Assembly: GCA_035275265.1 (NCBI GenBank)
Contig: DATENC010000006.1
Location: forward strand, 243,667-307,666
Origin: Burkholderiales bacterium
GTDB taxonomy: Bacteria; Pseudomonadota; Gammaproteobacteria; Burkholderiales; JACQAP01
Direction: 5' to 3'
Length of the DNA stretch: 64,000 bases
The notes under the pieces were generated by a model that made no database searches, was not told where the DNA came from, and saw only the letters and a list, made by a program, of their open reading frames with translations. The position numbers were made by a program, and so were the translations under genes. Positions 12,229 through 23,111 of the stretch are shown one piece after another (the first letter of the stretch is position 1; every line of letters starts with the position of its first letter).

Positions 12229-13770
12229 TTAATACGAGCCGTTTTTCTTCCAGTCTTTGATCGCTTCGTGCAGCGCCTTTTCATCGTCTGCTGTCAGGTC
12301 CTTGTCCATGCGTCCGATCAGCGCGGAATACTTGGTCTTTAGATAGTCGCGCATCGATTTCTCTGCGGCCAACGCCTTCTTGACGTCGATGTCGTCGTAA
12401 TAGCTGTTGTTGACCGCGAACAGGGTAAGCGCCATTTCCCAAACCTGCAGGGGCTGGTACTGCAACTGCTTCATCAGCTCGGTGACCATGCGGCCGCGCT
12501 CGAGCTGCTTGCGTGTGGCTTCGTCGAGATCGGAAGCGAACTGCGCGAACGCCGCCAGCTCGCGATACTGCGCCAAGGCCAGCCGCACGCCGCCGCCGGT
12601 GTCCTTGCGCTTCATTATCTTGGTCTGCGCCGCGCCGCCGACCCGCGACACCGAGACGCCAGCGTTGATTGCGGGACGAATACCGGCGTTGAACAGGTCG
12701 GTTTCGAGGAAGATTTGGCCGTCGGTGATGGAAATCACATTGGTCGGCACAAACGCGGAGACGTCGCCGGCTTGGGTTTCGATGATCGGCAGCGCGGTGA
12801 GCGAACCGGTTTTTCCCTTCACCTTTCCTTTTGTAAAGCGCTCGACCCAGGCCTCGCTTACGCGCGCGGCACGTTCCAGCAACCTGGAGTGCAGGTAGAA
12901 CACGTCGCCGGGATAAGCCTCGCGTCCCGGCGGGCGCCGTAGCAACAGCGATACCTGGCGGTAGGCCCAGGCCTGCTTGGTCAAATCGTCGTAAATGATC
13001 AGTGCGTCCTGGCCGCGGTCGCGGAAGTACTCGCCCATGGTGCAGCCGGAATAGGGTGCGATGTACTGCATCGCCGCGGATTCCGACGCTGTGGCCGCGA
13101 TGACAATGGTGTACGCCATTGCGCCGTGCTCTTCGAGTTTGCGCACCACGTTGGCAACCGTGGAAGCCTTCTGGCCGACCGCGACATAAATGCAGAACAG
13201 GTCCTTGCCTTTCTGATTGATGATGGTGTCCACCGCGACCGCCGTCTTGCCGGTCTGGCGGTCGCCGATGATCAATTCGCGCTGGCCTCGGCCGACTGGC
13301 ACCATCGCGTCGATCGCCTTCAGACCAGTCTGCACCGGCTGGGACACGGACTTGCGCCAGATCACGCCCGGAGCAACCTTCTCGATCACGTCCGTTTCCT
13401 TGGCAGTGATCGGACCCTTGCCGTCGATCGGTTGGCCTAGCGAGTTGACCACGCGTCCAATCAGTTCGGGACCGACCGGCACCTCCAGAATGCGGCCGGT
13501 GCTCTTCACCGGATCGCCTTCGGAAATGTGTTCGTATTCGCCCAGCACCACCGACCCGACGGAGTCGCGCTCGAGGTTGAGCGCGAGGCCGAAGGTGTTG
13601 CCGGGAAACTCGAGCATTTCACCCTGCATAACGTCGGCAAGGCCATGGATGCGACAGATGCCGTCGGTCACGGACACCACCGTGCCCTGGGTGCGAACCT
13701 CGGAAGCAGTAGCGAGATTCTGGATCTTGTTCTTGATCAGCTCGCTGATCTCGGACGGGTTCAGCTGCAT
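12229..13770 (-). CDS. atpA: ATP synthase F1 alpha subunit
   Basis: Start MQLNPSEIS at 13770 with AGGAG RBS; [29 protein letters not shown]. Confidence 0.99.
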   Translation of the reverse strand: MQLNPSEISELIKNKIQNLATASEVRTQGTVVSVTDGICRIHGLADVMQGEMLEFPGNTFGLALNLERDSVGSVVLGEYEHISEGDPVKSTGRILEVPVGPELIGRVVNSLGQPIDGKGPITAKETDVIEKVAPGVIWRKSVSQPVQTGLKAIDAMVPVGRGQRELIIGDRQTGKTAVAVDTIINQKGKDLFCIYVAVGQKASTVANVVRKLEEHGAMAYTIVIAATASESAAMQYIAPYSGCTMGEYFRDRGQDALIIYDDLTKQAWAYRQVSLLLRRPPGREAYPGDVFYLHSRLLERAARVSEAWVERFTKGKVKGKTGSLTALPIIETQAGDVSAFVPTNVISITDGQIFLETDLFNAGIRPAINAGVSVSRVGGAAQTKIMKRKDTGGGVRLALAQYRELAAFAQFASDLDEATRKQLERGRMVTELMKQLQYQPLQVWEMALTLFAVNNSYYDDIDVKKALAAEKSMRDYLKTKYSALIGRMDKDLTADDEKALHEAIKDWKKNGSY

Positions 13771-13781
13771 TGTTCGAACTC

Positions 13782-14318
13782 CTATTTCGAAAGGGTCACG
13801 GCCATGGTCTGAAGCCTGCCCCGTACTGAGGCATCCCAAACCTTGTCGCCCACTTCGACCTTGATGCCGCCGATCAATTCGGGGTCAACGGTCACGGTGG
13901 CGTTGATCTTGCGTTTGAAGCGGGAGGACAGCAGCTTCACCACTTGATTGCGTTGGGCATCGTCGAGTGGGTAGGCGGAGCTGATATTCGCGTCGAGCTT
14001 GCCTTCATCTTCCAGTTTCAGTATCTCGAACTGCTCGCGTATCTGCGGGAGCACCGTCAGCCTGCGGTTGCGCACCAGCAACTGAATGAGATTTCGGTCC
14101 GCGTCGTCGATGCGGTCGCCGCTGATGGCTAGCAGCAGGCGTTCGACGTCAGTGGCAGTGACCTTTGGATTGCCAATCGCCGACTGCATCTGCGGATCCT
14201 GGTAGATCGCGGCAATGAATGCCAGCTTTTCCGACCAGGCGCCAAGTGCGTTGGCTTCCTTGGCCAGGCGGAACACCGCTTCCGCGTAAGGTCTGGCGAT
14301 GGTGGCGAGTTCGGCCAT
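13782..14318 (-). CDS. atpH: ATP synthase F1 delta subunit
   Basis: [28 protein letters not shown]. Confidence 0.97.
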   Translation of the reverse strand: MAELATIARPYAEAVFRLAKEANALGAWSEKLAFIAAIYQDPQMQSAIGNPKVTATDVERLLLAISGDRIDDADRNLIQLLVRNRRLTVLPQIREQFEILKLEDEGKLDANISSAYPLDDAQRNQVVKLLSSRFKRKINATVTVDPELIGGIKVEVGDKVWDASVRGRLQTMAVTLSK

Positions 14319-14324
14319 GCGGCG

Positions 14325-14798
14325 TTACCTGAGTTCGGACTCGAGGCCGGACAGCAATTGAGCGTGGGCCTTGGCGTCCACTTCGCGCCTGAGGATCTTT
14401 TCGGCACCGCTTACCGCCAGCACCGATACCTGTGCGCGCAGCGACTCCTTGGCGCGGAACACCTCCTGCTCGATCTCGCCCTTCGCGGCGGCAACGATGC
14501 GGTCGGCCTCGGCCTTTGCAGCCGCCTTGGCTTCTTCGACCACGCCGGCTCCGCGTTTCTCGGCTTGGGAAATGATCTCGCCTGCCTGCGCGCGCGCGCG
14601 CTGCAACTCTTCCGCCGCGCGTTTTGCCGCGAGTTCGAGGTCCTGTTTGCCGCGTTCTGCCGCGGCCAGGCCGTCGGCGATCTGCTTCTGGCGATTTTGC
14701 ATCGCGCTGCGCAGCGGCGGCCAGACAAACTTCATCGTGATCCAGATGAAGGCGAGGAACCAGAGCGCCTGGCCTATCAATGTAGCGTTGAGATTCAC
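14325..14798 (-). CDS. atpF: ATP synthase Fo subunit b
   Basis: [26 protein letters not shown], long Ala/Glu helix. Confidence 0.97.
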   Translation of the reverse strand: MNLNATLIGQALWFLAFIWITMKFVWPPLRSAMQNRQKQIADGLAAAERGKQDLELAAKRAAEELQRARAQAGEIISQAEKRGAGVVEEAKAAAKAEADRIVAAAKGEIEQEVFRAKESLRAQVSVLAVSGAEKILRREVDAKAHAQLLSGLESELR

Positions 14799-14827
14799 GC
14801 TGACCTCCCGAACTCAATAGAACGGAT

Positions 14828-15947
<1,120 letters not shown>

Positions 15948-16307
15948 TCAGATTCTGGAAAACATCAACAGCGCCGCCCAGTACACCAGCAATGTCGCGA
16001 CGTAAGCGGCAAACAACGGCAAAACGGAAATTTCCTTAACCCACGCGAACGTCGCGCCGAACAGCAACACGGTCAAGATCAGCTTGCCGAACTCGCCGGC
16101 ATAGTGCGCTCTCAGCAAGCGGTCCGGCGCGCTGTGCCGGGACCAGATGACGCCCAATGCGTAGAACGCACCCGGAATGAACGCAATTGCGCCCCCGATC
16201 AAAGCCGATTTCGCGTAAACCCAGTTCCCGAAAAACAGGAACGAGGCGGCGACGGAGCAAGCCATTGCAATCTGCATGGCGATGATGGTGACAATCGCCC
16301 GGATCAT
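15948..16307 (-). CDS. atpI: ATP synthase protein I
   Basis: Four hydrophobic segments, SALIGG...P, YAGEFGK; first gene of the atp operon. Confidence 0.85.
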   Translation of the reverse strand: MIRAIVTIIAMQIAMACSVAASFLFFGNWVYAKSALIGGAIAFIPGAFYALGVIWSRHSAPDRLLRAHYAGEFGKLILTVLLFGATFAWVKEISVLPLFAAYVATLLVYWAALLMFSRI

Positions 16308-16376
16308 CGCCCCTCCTACGACCGCCCCGGAATTCTAGAAGCAGATGCGCCCGCAGCAACCCGCAAAAAGGCCAAA

Positions 16377-16406
16377 AGTTTAGTGGGGTTGAGGAAGCAC
16401 TGTCAA
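16377..16406 (-). promoter_or_regulatory. sigma70 promoter of atp operon
   Basis: Minus strand TTGACA (16406-16401), 18 nt spacer, TAAACT (16382-16377), 70 nt upstream of atpI. Confidence 0.65.
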
Positions 16407-16438
16407 CGACGATCTCTACTTGCTGGGCCGTACTGCCG

Positions 16439-17284
16439 TCAGCGGCGCAGCTTGCGCAAGAATTCGTCGAGCTGATCGAGGCTAGAGTAGCCGATCAGCA
16501 GTTTGCCCTTCCCCCGCTTACCCGGGGTGATGGTGACCGGCGCGCCGAGCTTCTCCGCAAGTTCGTCCTCCAAAGCCTGAAGATCGCGATCCTTCCTGTG
16601 CTTGCGCGACGCCTTGCGGGCGGTCACCTCGACGCGGCCCGCCAGCTGCTCGGTTTCCCGCACCGACAGCCCGCGGCTGACGACCTGGAGAGCCAATTCC
16701 ACCTGACGCGGCCCGCTCACCGCCAGTAGCGCCCGGGCATGGCCCATATCGAGTTTGCCCTGCATCAGCAGTTCCCGCACGGGCTTGGCAAGATTCAGCA
16801 GCCGCAACAAATTAGTGACAGCACTGCGCGAGCGTCCGACCGCCTGCGCGGCGGTGTCGTGGGTCATGCGGAATTCGTCTATCAACCTGTGGATACCTCC
16901 CGCTTCCTCAAGAGGATTTAGGTCTTCGCGCTGAATGTTTTCGATCAACGCCATTGCCAATGCCGCCTGGTCGGGTACTGTGCGCACGATAACCGGTACT
17001 TGCGCCAGTCCGGCAAGCTGGGCTGCGCGCCAGCGTCGCTCCCCGGCGATGATCTCGTATTTGCCTCCGTCCACCGGGCGCACCAGGATTGGCTGGATCA
17101 GGCCCTGGGCCTTGATCGAATCGGCTAGTTCCGCAATCGACTGTGGGTCCATGCGCGTGCGCGGCTGGAAGCGGCCAGGCTTGAGCATGCCCACCGCGAG
17201 TTCGGCCGGCGCGTCTTCGGCCCGGGTATCGTTGCCCGAGAGCAATGCGTCGAGCCCGCGACCAAGTCCTTTGAATTTTGCCAT
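16439..17284 (-). CDS. parB: Chromosome partitioning protein ParB
   Basis: KGLGRGLDALL, QPR, GERRWRAA, ENIQREDLNPLEEA, HTH region; start ATG 17284 (17290 possible). Confidence 0.97.
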   Translation of the reverse strand: MAKFKGLGRGLDALLSGNDTRAEDAPAELAVGMLKPGRFQPRTRMDPQSIAELADSIKAQGLIQPILVRPVDGGKYEIIAGERRWRAAQLAGLAQVPVIVRTVPDQAALAMALIENIQREDLNPLEEAGGIHRLIDEFRMTHDTAAQAVGRSRSAVTNLLRLLNLAKPVRELLMQGKLDMGHARALLAVSGPRQVELALQVVSRGLSVRETEQLAGRVEVTARKASRKHRKDRDLQALEDELAEKLGAPVTITPGKRGKGKLLIGYSSLDQLDEFLRKLRR

Positions 17285-17294
17285 CTGCATTTTC

Positions 17295-18059
17295 CTAAGG
17301 GTTTTTGCCAAGCATCTCGCCTGCCAGCGCGAGGTAGGCCAGCGCACCCTTCGATTGCCCGTCGAAGCTGAGCGCCGGGATGCCGTGGCTCGGTGCCTCC
17401 GCAAGCCGCACATTGCGCGGGATCACGGTGCGGTACACCTTGTCGCCGAAGTGTTGCTGGAGTTGATCCGAAACCTGTTGCGAAAGCATGTTGCGCGGAT
17501 CGTACATCGTGCGCAGCAAACCCTCGATCTCGAGCGCGGGATTCAGATTCATGCGCACTTTCTTGATAGTCTGTACCAGGTCGGACAGGCCTTCGAGCGC
17601 GTAGTACTCACACTGCATCGGAATCATCACCGCGTTGGCCGCACACAACCCGTTCACCGTCAGAAGATTGAGCGCAGGCGGGCAGTCGATCAGTATGTAG
17701 TCGTATTGCGCCTTGATTTCTTCGAGCGCCGCCTTGAGCCGGGTTTCGCGTTCTACGAGCTCCACCATTTCCACTTCCGCCCCGGCGAGTTCACGGTTGG
17801 CCGGAATCAGGTCATATCCACCGCTCTGGCTGCGTACCCTGACCGCTGAGGTGGGCGAGGAACCCAGCAACACCTGGTAGACAGTCGCCTTGAGAGTGCG
17901 CTTGTCGATGCCGCTTCCCATAGTGGCGTTGCCCTGCGGATCGATGTCCACCAGCAGAACACGCCGCCCTGCCTTTACGAGGCTCGCAGCGAGATTGATG
18001 CTGGTGGTGGTCTTGCCGACCCCGCCTTTTTGGTTGGTAATCGCGAGTATGCGCGGCAT
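17295..18059 (-). CDS. parA: Chromosome partitioning ATPase ParA/Soj
   Basis: Deviant Walker A NQKGGVGKTT, DIDPQGNAT, DCPP, IPRNVRLAEAPSHG. Confidence 0.97.
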   Translation of the reverse strand: MPRILAITNQKGGVGKTTTSINLAASLVKAGRRVLLVDIDPQGNATMGSGIDKRTLKATVYQVLLGSSPTSAVRVRSQSGGYDLIPANRELAGAEVEMVELVERETRLKAALEEIKAQYDYILIDCPPALNLLTVNGLCAANAVMIPMQCEYYALEGLSDLVQTIKKVRMNLNPALEIEGLLRTMYDPRNMLSQQVSDQLQQHFGDKVYRTVIPRNVRLAEAPSHGIPALSFDGQSKGALAYLALAGEMLGKNP

Positions 18060-18064
18060 GCTGA

Positions 18065-18709
18065 TCAGCCGGTGTGCGCTGTTGCGCTCTTGCGCAACAT
18101 GACCAGGTGGCGTTCCGCATCGAGCCGGGGCACGCGCAGGGGAATGATAGTTTCCGACTTCCAGCAGTCGGGGAGCCGTGCGATCTCTGTGTCCGGTCGC
18201 GCGCCTTTCATCGCAGCCAACACTCCGCCAGGACTGCAGAGGTGCCCCGCAAGCCTGATAAAGTCGGCGATGCTGGAGAAAGCCCGCGAAATGACGATAT
18301 CGAACGCATGGTCGGGCCGATAGGATTCCGCCCGTTCAATCACGACCTTGACGTTCGTCAGCTCCAGTTCTGCAGCGGCCTGAGTCAAAAATGCGCCTTT
18401 CTTCTGATTCGAATCGAGCAAGGTCACCGGTCTGTCCGGACATGCGAACGCAATCGGGATCCCCGGCAAACCGGCGCCGCTGCCCGCATCTACAAGTCGC
18501 CCAGCCGGCAAGTACGGTACAACCGCAAGACTATCCAGCAAGTGATGGCTGACCCACTTCGTTTCCTCGCGGATTGCCGTAAGGTTGTAGACGCGGTTCC
18601 ACTTCGCCAGCAACGTCAGGTAGTCGAGCATGCGCACAATCGCCGACCGCGGCAGTGCCAATCCCAGCTCGCTAATCTCCTGCTCCAGGCGGGCGGCCGT
18701 TTGGCTCAA
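18065..18709 (-). CDS. rsmG: 16S rRNA m7G527 methyltransferase RsmG (GidB)
   Basis: [34 protein letters not shown]. Confidence 0.97.
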   Translation of the reverse strand: MSQTAARLEQEISELGLALPRSAIVRMLDYLTLLAKWNRVYNLTAIREETKWVSHHLLDSLAVVPYLPAGRLVDAGSGAGLPGIPIAFACPDRPVTLLDSNQKKGAFLTQAAAELELTNVKVVIERAESYRPDHAFDIVISRAFSSIADFIRLAGHLCSPGGVLAAMKGARPDTEIARLPDCWKSETIIPLRVPRLDAERHLVMLRKSATAHTG

Positions 18710-20640
18710 CCGCGGTTTCCGGCGGCGTATGTCTGTCTGCCGAGGGGATCACGGCGATCGGATGGTGCATTGATGCGGCGCTTCAAATGCACCAGCAACA
18801 GTGAAATTGCCGCTGGAGTGATGCCGGATATGCGCGCGGCCTGGCCGAGGGTTTCAGGCTTGTGCTTGTTGAGTTTCTGCTGCACTTCGATCGAAAGTCC
18901 CCGCACGCTGCAGTAATCGAGATTCGATGGCAGACGCAGAGTTTCGAAGTGCTCCTGACGCTCGACCTCTTCGCGCTGGCGCTGGATGTATCCGCGGTAT
19001 TTGGTCTGGATTTCGACCTGTTCGGCAGCCTGATCCTCGGCCACACCCGGTCCGGCACTCGCCAGTACCATTAGTTCGCGATAGCTTACCGACGGCCGGC
19101 GCAGCAACTCCTCCAAAGTGTATTCGCGTTCCAATGCTTGTCCGAACAGTTGCAACATGCTTTCTTCGGCGAGCAATTTTGGATTGACCCATGTCGTCTT
19201 CAGGCGTTGCAGTTCAAGCGCAACAACCTCGCGCTTGCGTTCGAAGAATTCCCAGCGCGCACTGTCCACCACCCCAAGACTTCTGCCGATTTCCGTAAGT
19301 CGCATGTCGGCATTGTCCTCGCGCAGACTCAAGCGGTATTCGGCGCGGCTGGTGAACATGCGGTAGGGCTCAGTAACGCCGCGCGTGATCAAGTCGTCCA
19401 CCAGCACGCCGAGGTACGCTTGGTCACGTCGCGGACACCACGGTTCCTTGCCCTGCACCAGAAGCGCCGCATTGATTCCGGCGAGCAGGCCCTGCGCCGC
19501 CGCTTCTTCGTAGCCGGTAGTACCGTTGATCTGGCCGGCGAAAAATAGCCCCTCGATCACCTTGTTTTCCAATGATGACTTCAGCCCGCGTGGGTCGAAG
19601 TAGTCGTATTCGATCGCATACCCTGGACGGGTCAAGTGTGCCGATTCCAACCCCTTGATCGAATGAACTAATTCGACTTGCACGTCGAAAGGCAGACTGG
19701 TGGAGATACCATTCGGATAGACCTCGTTGGTGGTGAGGCCCTCTGGTTCGAGGAAGATCTGATGCGAGGCCTTGTCGGCGAAGCGCGTGACCTTGTCCTC
19801 TATGGACGGGCAATAACGCGGCCCGACGCCTGCGATCACGCCGGTGAACATCGGAGATCGATCCAGCCCGTGCCGGATGATGTCGTGAGTAAGCAGGTTT
19901 GTATGGGTTATCCAGCAAGGTAGTTGCCGCGGATGCTGGCTGGCCGATCCGAGAAACGAGAACACCGGCACGGGGTCGTCGCCCGGTTGTTCGGTCATTG
20001 CTGAGTAGTCGATGCTGCGTCCGTCCAGACGTGGCGGCGTTCCTGTCTTCAGGCGTCCAACCGGCAACTGCAATTCGCGCAGCCGCTGCGCCAGACTGAT
20101 AGCCGGCGGATCGCCGGCGCGTCCGGCCTGATAGTGATCCAATCCTACATGCACCAGTCCGGAGAGAAAGGTGCCGGTCGTCAACACCACGGTCCGCGCC
20201 GAGAAATGTAATCCCAGCTGCGTGACCACCCCGGCCACGTGCTCTCCGTCAAGGCTAAGGTCATCTACCGCTTGTTGGAAAATAGTGAGATCTTTTTGGT
20301 TTTCGAGGCGCCGGCGAATAGCCTGCCGATACAGCGCGCGGTCGGCCTGCGCGCGCGTGGCACGCACCGCCGGCCCCTTGCTGGAATTGAGGATGCGAAA
20401 CTGTATTCCGGCCTCGTCGGTGGCGGAGGCCATTGCGCCACCCAGTGCGTCCACCTCCTTGACCAGGTGCCCCTTGCCAATCCCACCTATCGACGGGTTG
20501 CAGGACATCTGGCCAAGGGTTTCGATGTTGTGGGTCAGCAGCAGCGTGCGACAGCCCATCCGGGCCGCCGCCAAGGCGGCCTCGGTACCGGCGTGGCCGC
20601 CGCCCACCACGATGACATCGAACGAATTTGAATTGTGCAT
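18706..20640 (-). CDS. mnmG: tRNA U34 carboxymethylaminomethyl modification enzyme MnmG (GidA)
   Basis: [47 protein letters not shown]. Confidence 0.99.
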   Translation of the reverse strand: MHNSNSFDVIVVGGGHAGTEAALAAARMGCRTLLLTHNIETLGQMSCNPSIGGIGKGHLVKEVDALGGAMASATDEAGIQFRILNSSKGPAVRATRAQADRALYRQAIRRRLENQKDLTIFQQAVDDLSLDGEHVAGVVTQLGLHFSARTVVLTTGTFLSGLVHVGLDHYQAGRAGDPPAISLAQRLRELQLPVGRLKTGTPPRLDGRSIDYSAMTEQPGDDPVPVFSFLGSASQHPRQLPCWITHTNLLTHDIIRHGLDRSPMFTGVIAGVGPRYCPSIEDKVTRFADKASHQIFLEPEGLTTNEVYPNGISTSLPFDVQVELVHSIKGLESAHLTRPGYAIEYDYFDPRGLKSSLENKVIEGLFFAGQINGTTGYEEAAAQGLLAGINAALLVQGKEPWCPRRDQAYLGVLVDDLITRGVTEPYRMFTSRAEYRLSLREDNADMRLTEIGRSLGVVDSARWEFFERKREVVALELQRLKTTWVNPKLLAEESMLQLFGQALEREYTLEELLRRPSVSYRELMVLASAGPGVAEDQAAEQVEIQTKYRGYIQRQREEVERQEHFETLRLPSNLDYCSVRGLSIEVQQKLNKHKPETLGQAARISGITPAAISLLLVHLKRRINAPSDRRDPLGRQTYAAGNRG

Positions 20641-20714
20641 TGTCGGGCCGGAAAAGAGGGCCGAATCATACCCGAATCCCCTGCCACCGTGGACCGTGGC
20701 ACCTCAGATCCGAA

Positions 20715-20730
20715 TGTTTCACGTGAAACC
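20715..20730. promoter_or_regulatory. parS centromere site 1
   Basis: TGTTTCACGTGAAACC, 15/16 to the canonical palindrome TGTTTCACGTGAAACA, upstream of mnmG-rsmG-parAB. Confidence 0.9.
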
Positions 20731-20750
20731 TACCAACGTCCCCGCATCGA

Positions 20751-20766
20751 CGTTTCACGTGAAACA
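20751..20766. promoter_or_regulatory. parS centromere site 2
   Basis: CGTTTCACGTGAAACA, 15/16 to the canonical palindrome; starts 36 bp after site 1. Confidence 0.9.
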
Positions 20767-20770
20767 AAGC

Positions 20771-20988
20771 GGGATATTGTCTTTCGCGTACCCAGCTGTC
20801 CGGTGCCATCGTCGGCCTAGCTATTGACACACAGTCTCCTATCTGCAAGCAGTTCTATGCCCAAGTCCAAGACAAATTGCATTACGCCATTCATGGCCAT
20901 ACAGCAGCTGAATTAATAAAGTCACGGGCGGATGCAGGTCAGCACCAACGGCCTATTCATGCCTTGGGTACGCGAAAGACAATATCCC
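20771..20988. mobile_element. MITE-like non-autonomous element / internally deleted IS
   Basis: Perfect 24-bp terminal inverted repeats GGGATATTGTCTTTCGCGTACCCA (20771-20794) and TGGGTACGCGAAAGACAATATCCC (20965-20988), flanked by direct repeat GAAACAAAGC (20761-20770, 20989-20998); equivalently 25-bp IR with 8-bp duplication AAACAAAG. No transposase inside. Confidence 0.88.
20823..20939 (+). pseudogene. Fragment of a RhuM-family (virulence RhuM) gene inside the MITE
   Basis: Frame reads IDTQSPICKQFYAQVQDKLHYAIHGHTAAELIKSRADAG, resembling the conserved RhuM block F(F/Y)AxVQNKLH(W/Y)A(I/V)HGxTAAE(L/I)IxxRADA as I recall it; only about 39 codons, more AT-rich than neighbouring genes. Confidence 0.7.
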
Positions 20989-20999
20989 GAAACAAAGCA

Positions 21000-21764
21000 T
21001 CACTGTTTCAGCAGCAAATCGTAAGCAAGCTTGGCGATCAGCGCCACTACGACCATCAGGAAAGTCCAGCGGATGAACTGACTGCCCCGACGAACCGCGA
21101 GCTGGGCACCCAGTAGTCCGCCCGCGATGCTGGACGCAGCCATCGGCAATCCGACCGCGTAAAGTACGTTGTCGGTTGCCACGAATAGCATCAGCGCACC
21201 GAAATTGGTGGCCAAATTGAGAACCTTGGTAGCCGCGGCAGCGGCGAGAAAATCGTACCTGAATAACCGCACCAGTCCGAACAACAAAAAACTGCCGGCT
21301 CCTGGACCGAAGAAGCCGTCATAGAAACCGACGACCGCTGCCAGCGCAGCCACCCCAGGTCCTTCGATCTCCAACCGGATCGGCCTGCCGGGTGCGGATC
21401 CGAAGTTTCGCCGCGCCAGCGTGTACACAGCCACTGCCCCGAGCATGATTAGAATCAGCGGCCGCAGCACGCCAGGATCTATAAGCGTGACCGTTTTTGC
21501 CCCGGCAAGGCCGCCGCCACACGCCAGCAGCGCTGCTGGCAGAATTGTCCGCCAGCGAATGGGAACCGACCAGGCGTAACGCAGTGTCGCGAAGGCGGTA
21601 CCCGCTATCGAAGAGAGTTTGTTGGTGCCCAGCATCAGCGAGGGCGGCGCGGATGGAAAGACTGTGAACAACGCCGGAACAAGGATCAAACCACCGCCGC
21701 CGGCGACTGCATCCACCAATCCGCCAAAGAATGCAAATACGCACAGAACCAGAACGTCGGTCAC
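21000..21764 (-). CDS. TSUP (TauE/SafE) family membrane transporter, YfcA-like
   Basis: GLVDAVAGGGGLILVPAL, LGTNKL, VGFYDGFFGPGAGSF. Confidence 0.92.
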   Translation of the reverse strand: MTDVLVLCVFAFFGGLVDAVAGGGGLILVPALFTVFPSAPPSLMLGTNKLSSIAGTAFATLRYAWSVPIRWRTILPAALLACGGGLAGAKTVTLIDPGVLRPLILIMLGAVAVYTLARRNFGSAPGRPIRLEIEGPGVAALAAVVGFYDGFFGPGAGSFLLFGLVRLFRYDFLAAAAATKVLNLATNFGALMLFVATDNVLYAVGLPMAASSIAGGLLGAQLAVRRGSQFIRWTFLMVVVALIAKLAYDLLLKQ

Positions 21765-21770
21765 GATCGC

Positions 21771-23111
21771 TTACTTGCCGATACAGAAACGGGAGAAGAT
21801 TTCGCCGAGTAGATTGTCCGCGCTGAATTGCCCGGTAATTTCTGCCAGTGACTGTTGAGCCAGTCGCAGTTCTTCGGCGAACAATTCGATCGCCTGGGCT
21901 TCTCCGCTGGCGCGTGCGAGCGCTGCGTCGGCTTGCCGCAGCGCGCGCAAGTGCCGCTCCCGGGCCATGAATTGTGCTTCCTCTGCCGGTCGCCAACCTA
22001 CGACTTGCAGAATTCTGGCGCGCAACAACTCCAGGCCTGCCCCAGTTTTAGCCGAGAGCCTTATTTCCACTCGGCCCTCCAGTTCGCGTTCCGACGGCAC
22101 GTCTCCCGAAAGATCTATCTTATTGAAAATAAATATGTTCCGTATATTTTTGGGCAAATTCGCGAGGATCATGCGATCCGCGTCCGCAATTCCCCGAGTC
22201 ACGTCCACCAACATTAAGGCAACATCCGCCTGATAGATTTCGCGCCATGCGCGTTCGATGCCGATTTTTTCAACCGGCTCCTCGGATTCTCGAAGCCCCG
22301 CGGTGTCGATCACATGTACCGGCACGCCGTCGAATACCAACTCGTGCCGCAACGGATCACGCGTGGTGCCCGGAATCTCGGTGACAATGGCGACCTCGTC
22401 GCCGGCGAGACGGTTGAGCAAGCTCGACTTGCCGACATTGGGCTGTCCGATCAACACACATCTCGCGCCCTCGCGCAGAATCCTGCCCTGCTCGGCTGCT
22501 TGCTGAACCTCGTTGAGTTCTACGCGAAGCCGCGCGAGTCGTTTGAATGCGTCGCCCCGCTCCAGAAAATCGATCTCCTCATCGGGAAAATCCAGCGTTG
22601 CCTCGACCAGCGCCCGCAGTTCGATCAAAGCGCTGACGAGACTTTCGATGCGCGCGGAGAACTCGCCCGCCAGCGAGCGCATTGCGCCGCGCGCCGCGGC
22701 CTCCGAACTGGCGTCGATCAGATCAGCGACGCTTTCCGCCTGAGCAAGGTCAAGCTTGTCGTTGAGGAAAGCGCGGCGGGTGAATTCGCCTGGATCCGCC
22801 AGCCGCGCGCCGAGATCGAGACAACGTCGCAGCACAAGTTGCAGTACGGCAGGCCCGCCGTGGCCGTGAAGTTCGAGCACATCCTCGCCGGTGTAGGAGT
22901 GCGGCGCGGGAAAGAACAATGCGAGGCCGCGATCGACCGTCTGGTTCGTTGCATCGCGAAAGTCGCAGAGCGTAGCGGCGCGGGGTTCGGGGGCGCGCCC
23001 GAGTATTCCAGCGATGATGTCAGGAACCGCAGGGCCGGAAATACGGACTACGCCGATTCCCGCGCGCCCGGGCGCTGTCGCAACCGCAGCAATCGTGTCA
23101 GCGCGGGGCAT
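21771..23111 (-). CDS. mnmE: tRNA modification GTPase MnmE (TrmE)
   Basis: DTIAAVAT, SYTGEDV, GQPNVGKSS, GTTRD, DTAG, C-terminal FCIGK. Confidence 0.99.
   Translation of the reverse strand: MPRADTIAAVATAPGRAGIGVVRISGPAVPDIIAGILGRAPEPRAATLCDFRDATNQTVDRGLALFFPAPHSYTGEDVLELHGHGGPAVLQLVLRRCLDLGARLADPGEFTRRAFLNDKLDLAQAESVADLIDASSEAAARGAMRSLAGEFSARIESLVSALIELRALVEATLDFPDEEIDFLERGDAFKRLARLRVELNEVQQAAEQGRILREGARCVLIGQPNVGKSSLLNRLAGDEVAIVTEIPGTTRDPLRHELVFDGVPVHVIDTAGLRESEEPVEKIGIERAWREIYQADVALMLVDVTRGIADADRMILANLPKNIRNIFIFNKIDLSGDVPSERELEGRVEIRLSAKTGAGLELLRARILQVVGWRPAEEAQFMARERHLRALRQADAALARASGEAQAIELFAEELRLAQQSLAEITGQFSADNLLGEIFSRFCIGK

Noticed and set aside
20877-21116. 79-aa ORF as an intact gene
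   Set aside because: Only the first part resembles RhuM; the rest runs through the MITE right end and antisense into the TSUP gene, with a TTG start and no RBS.
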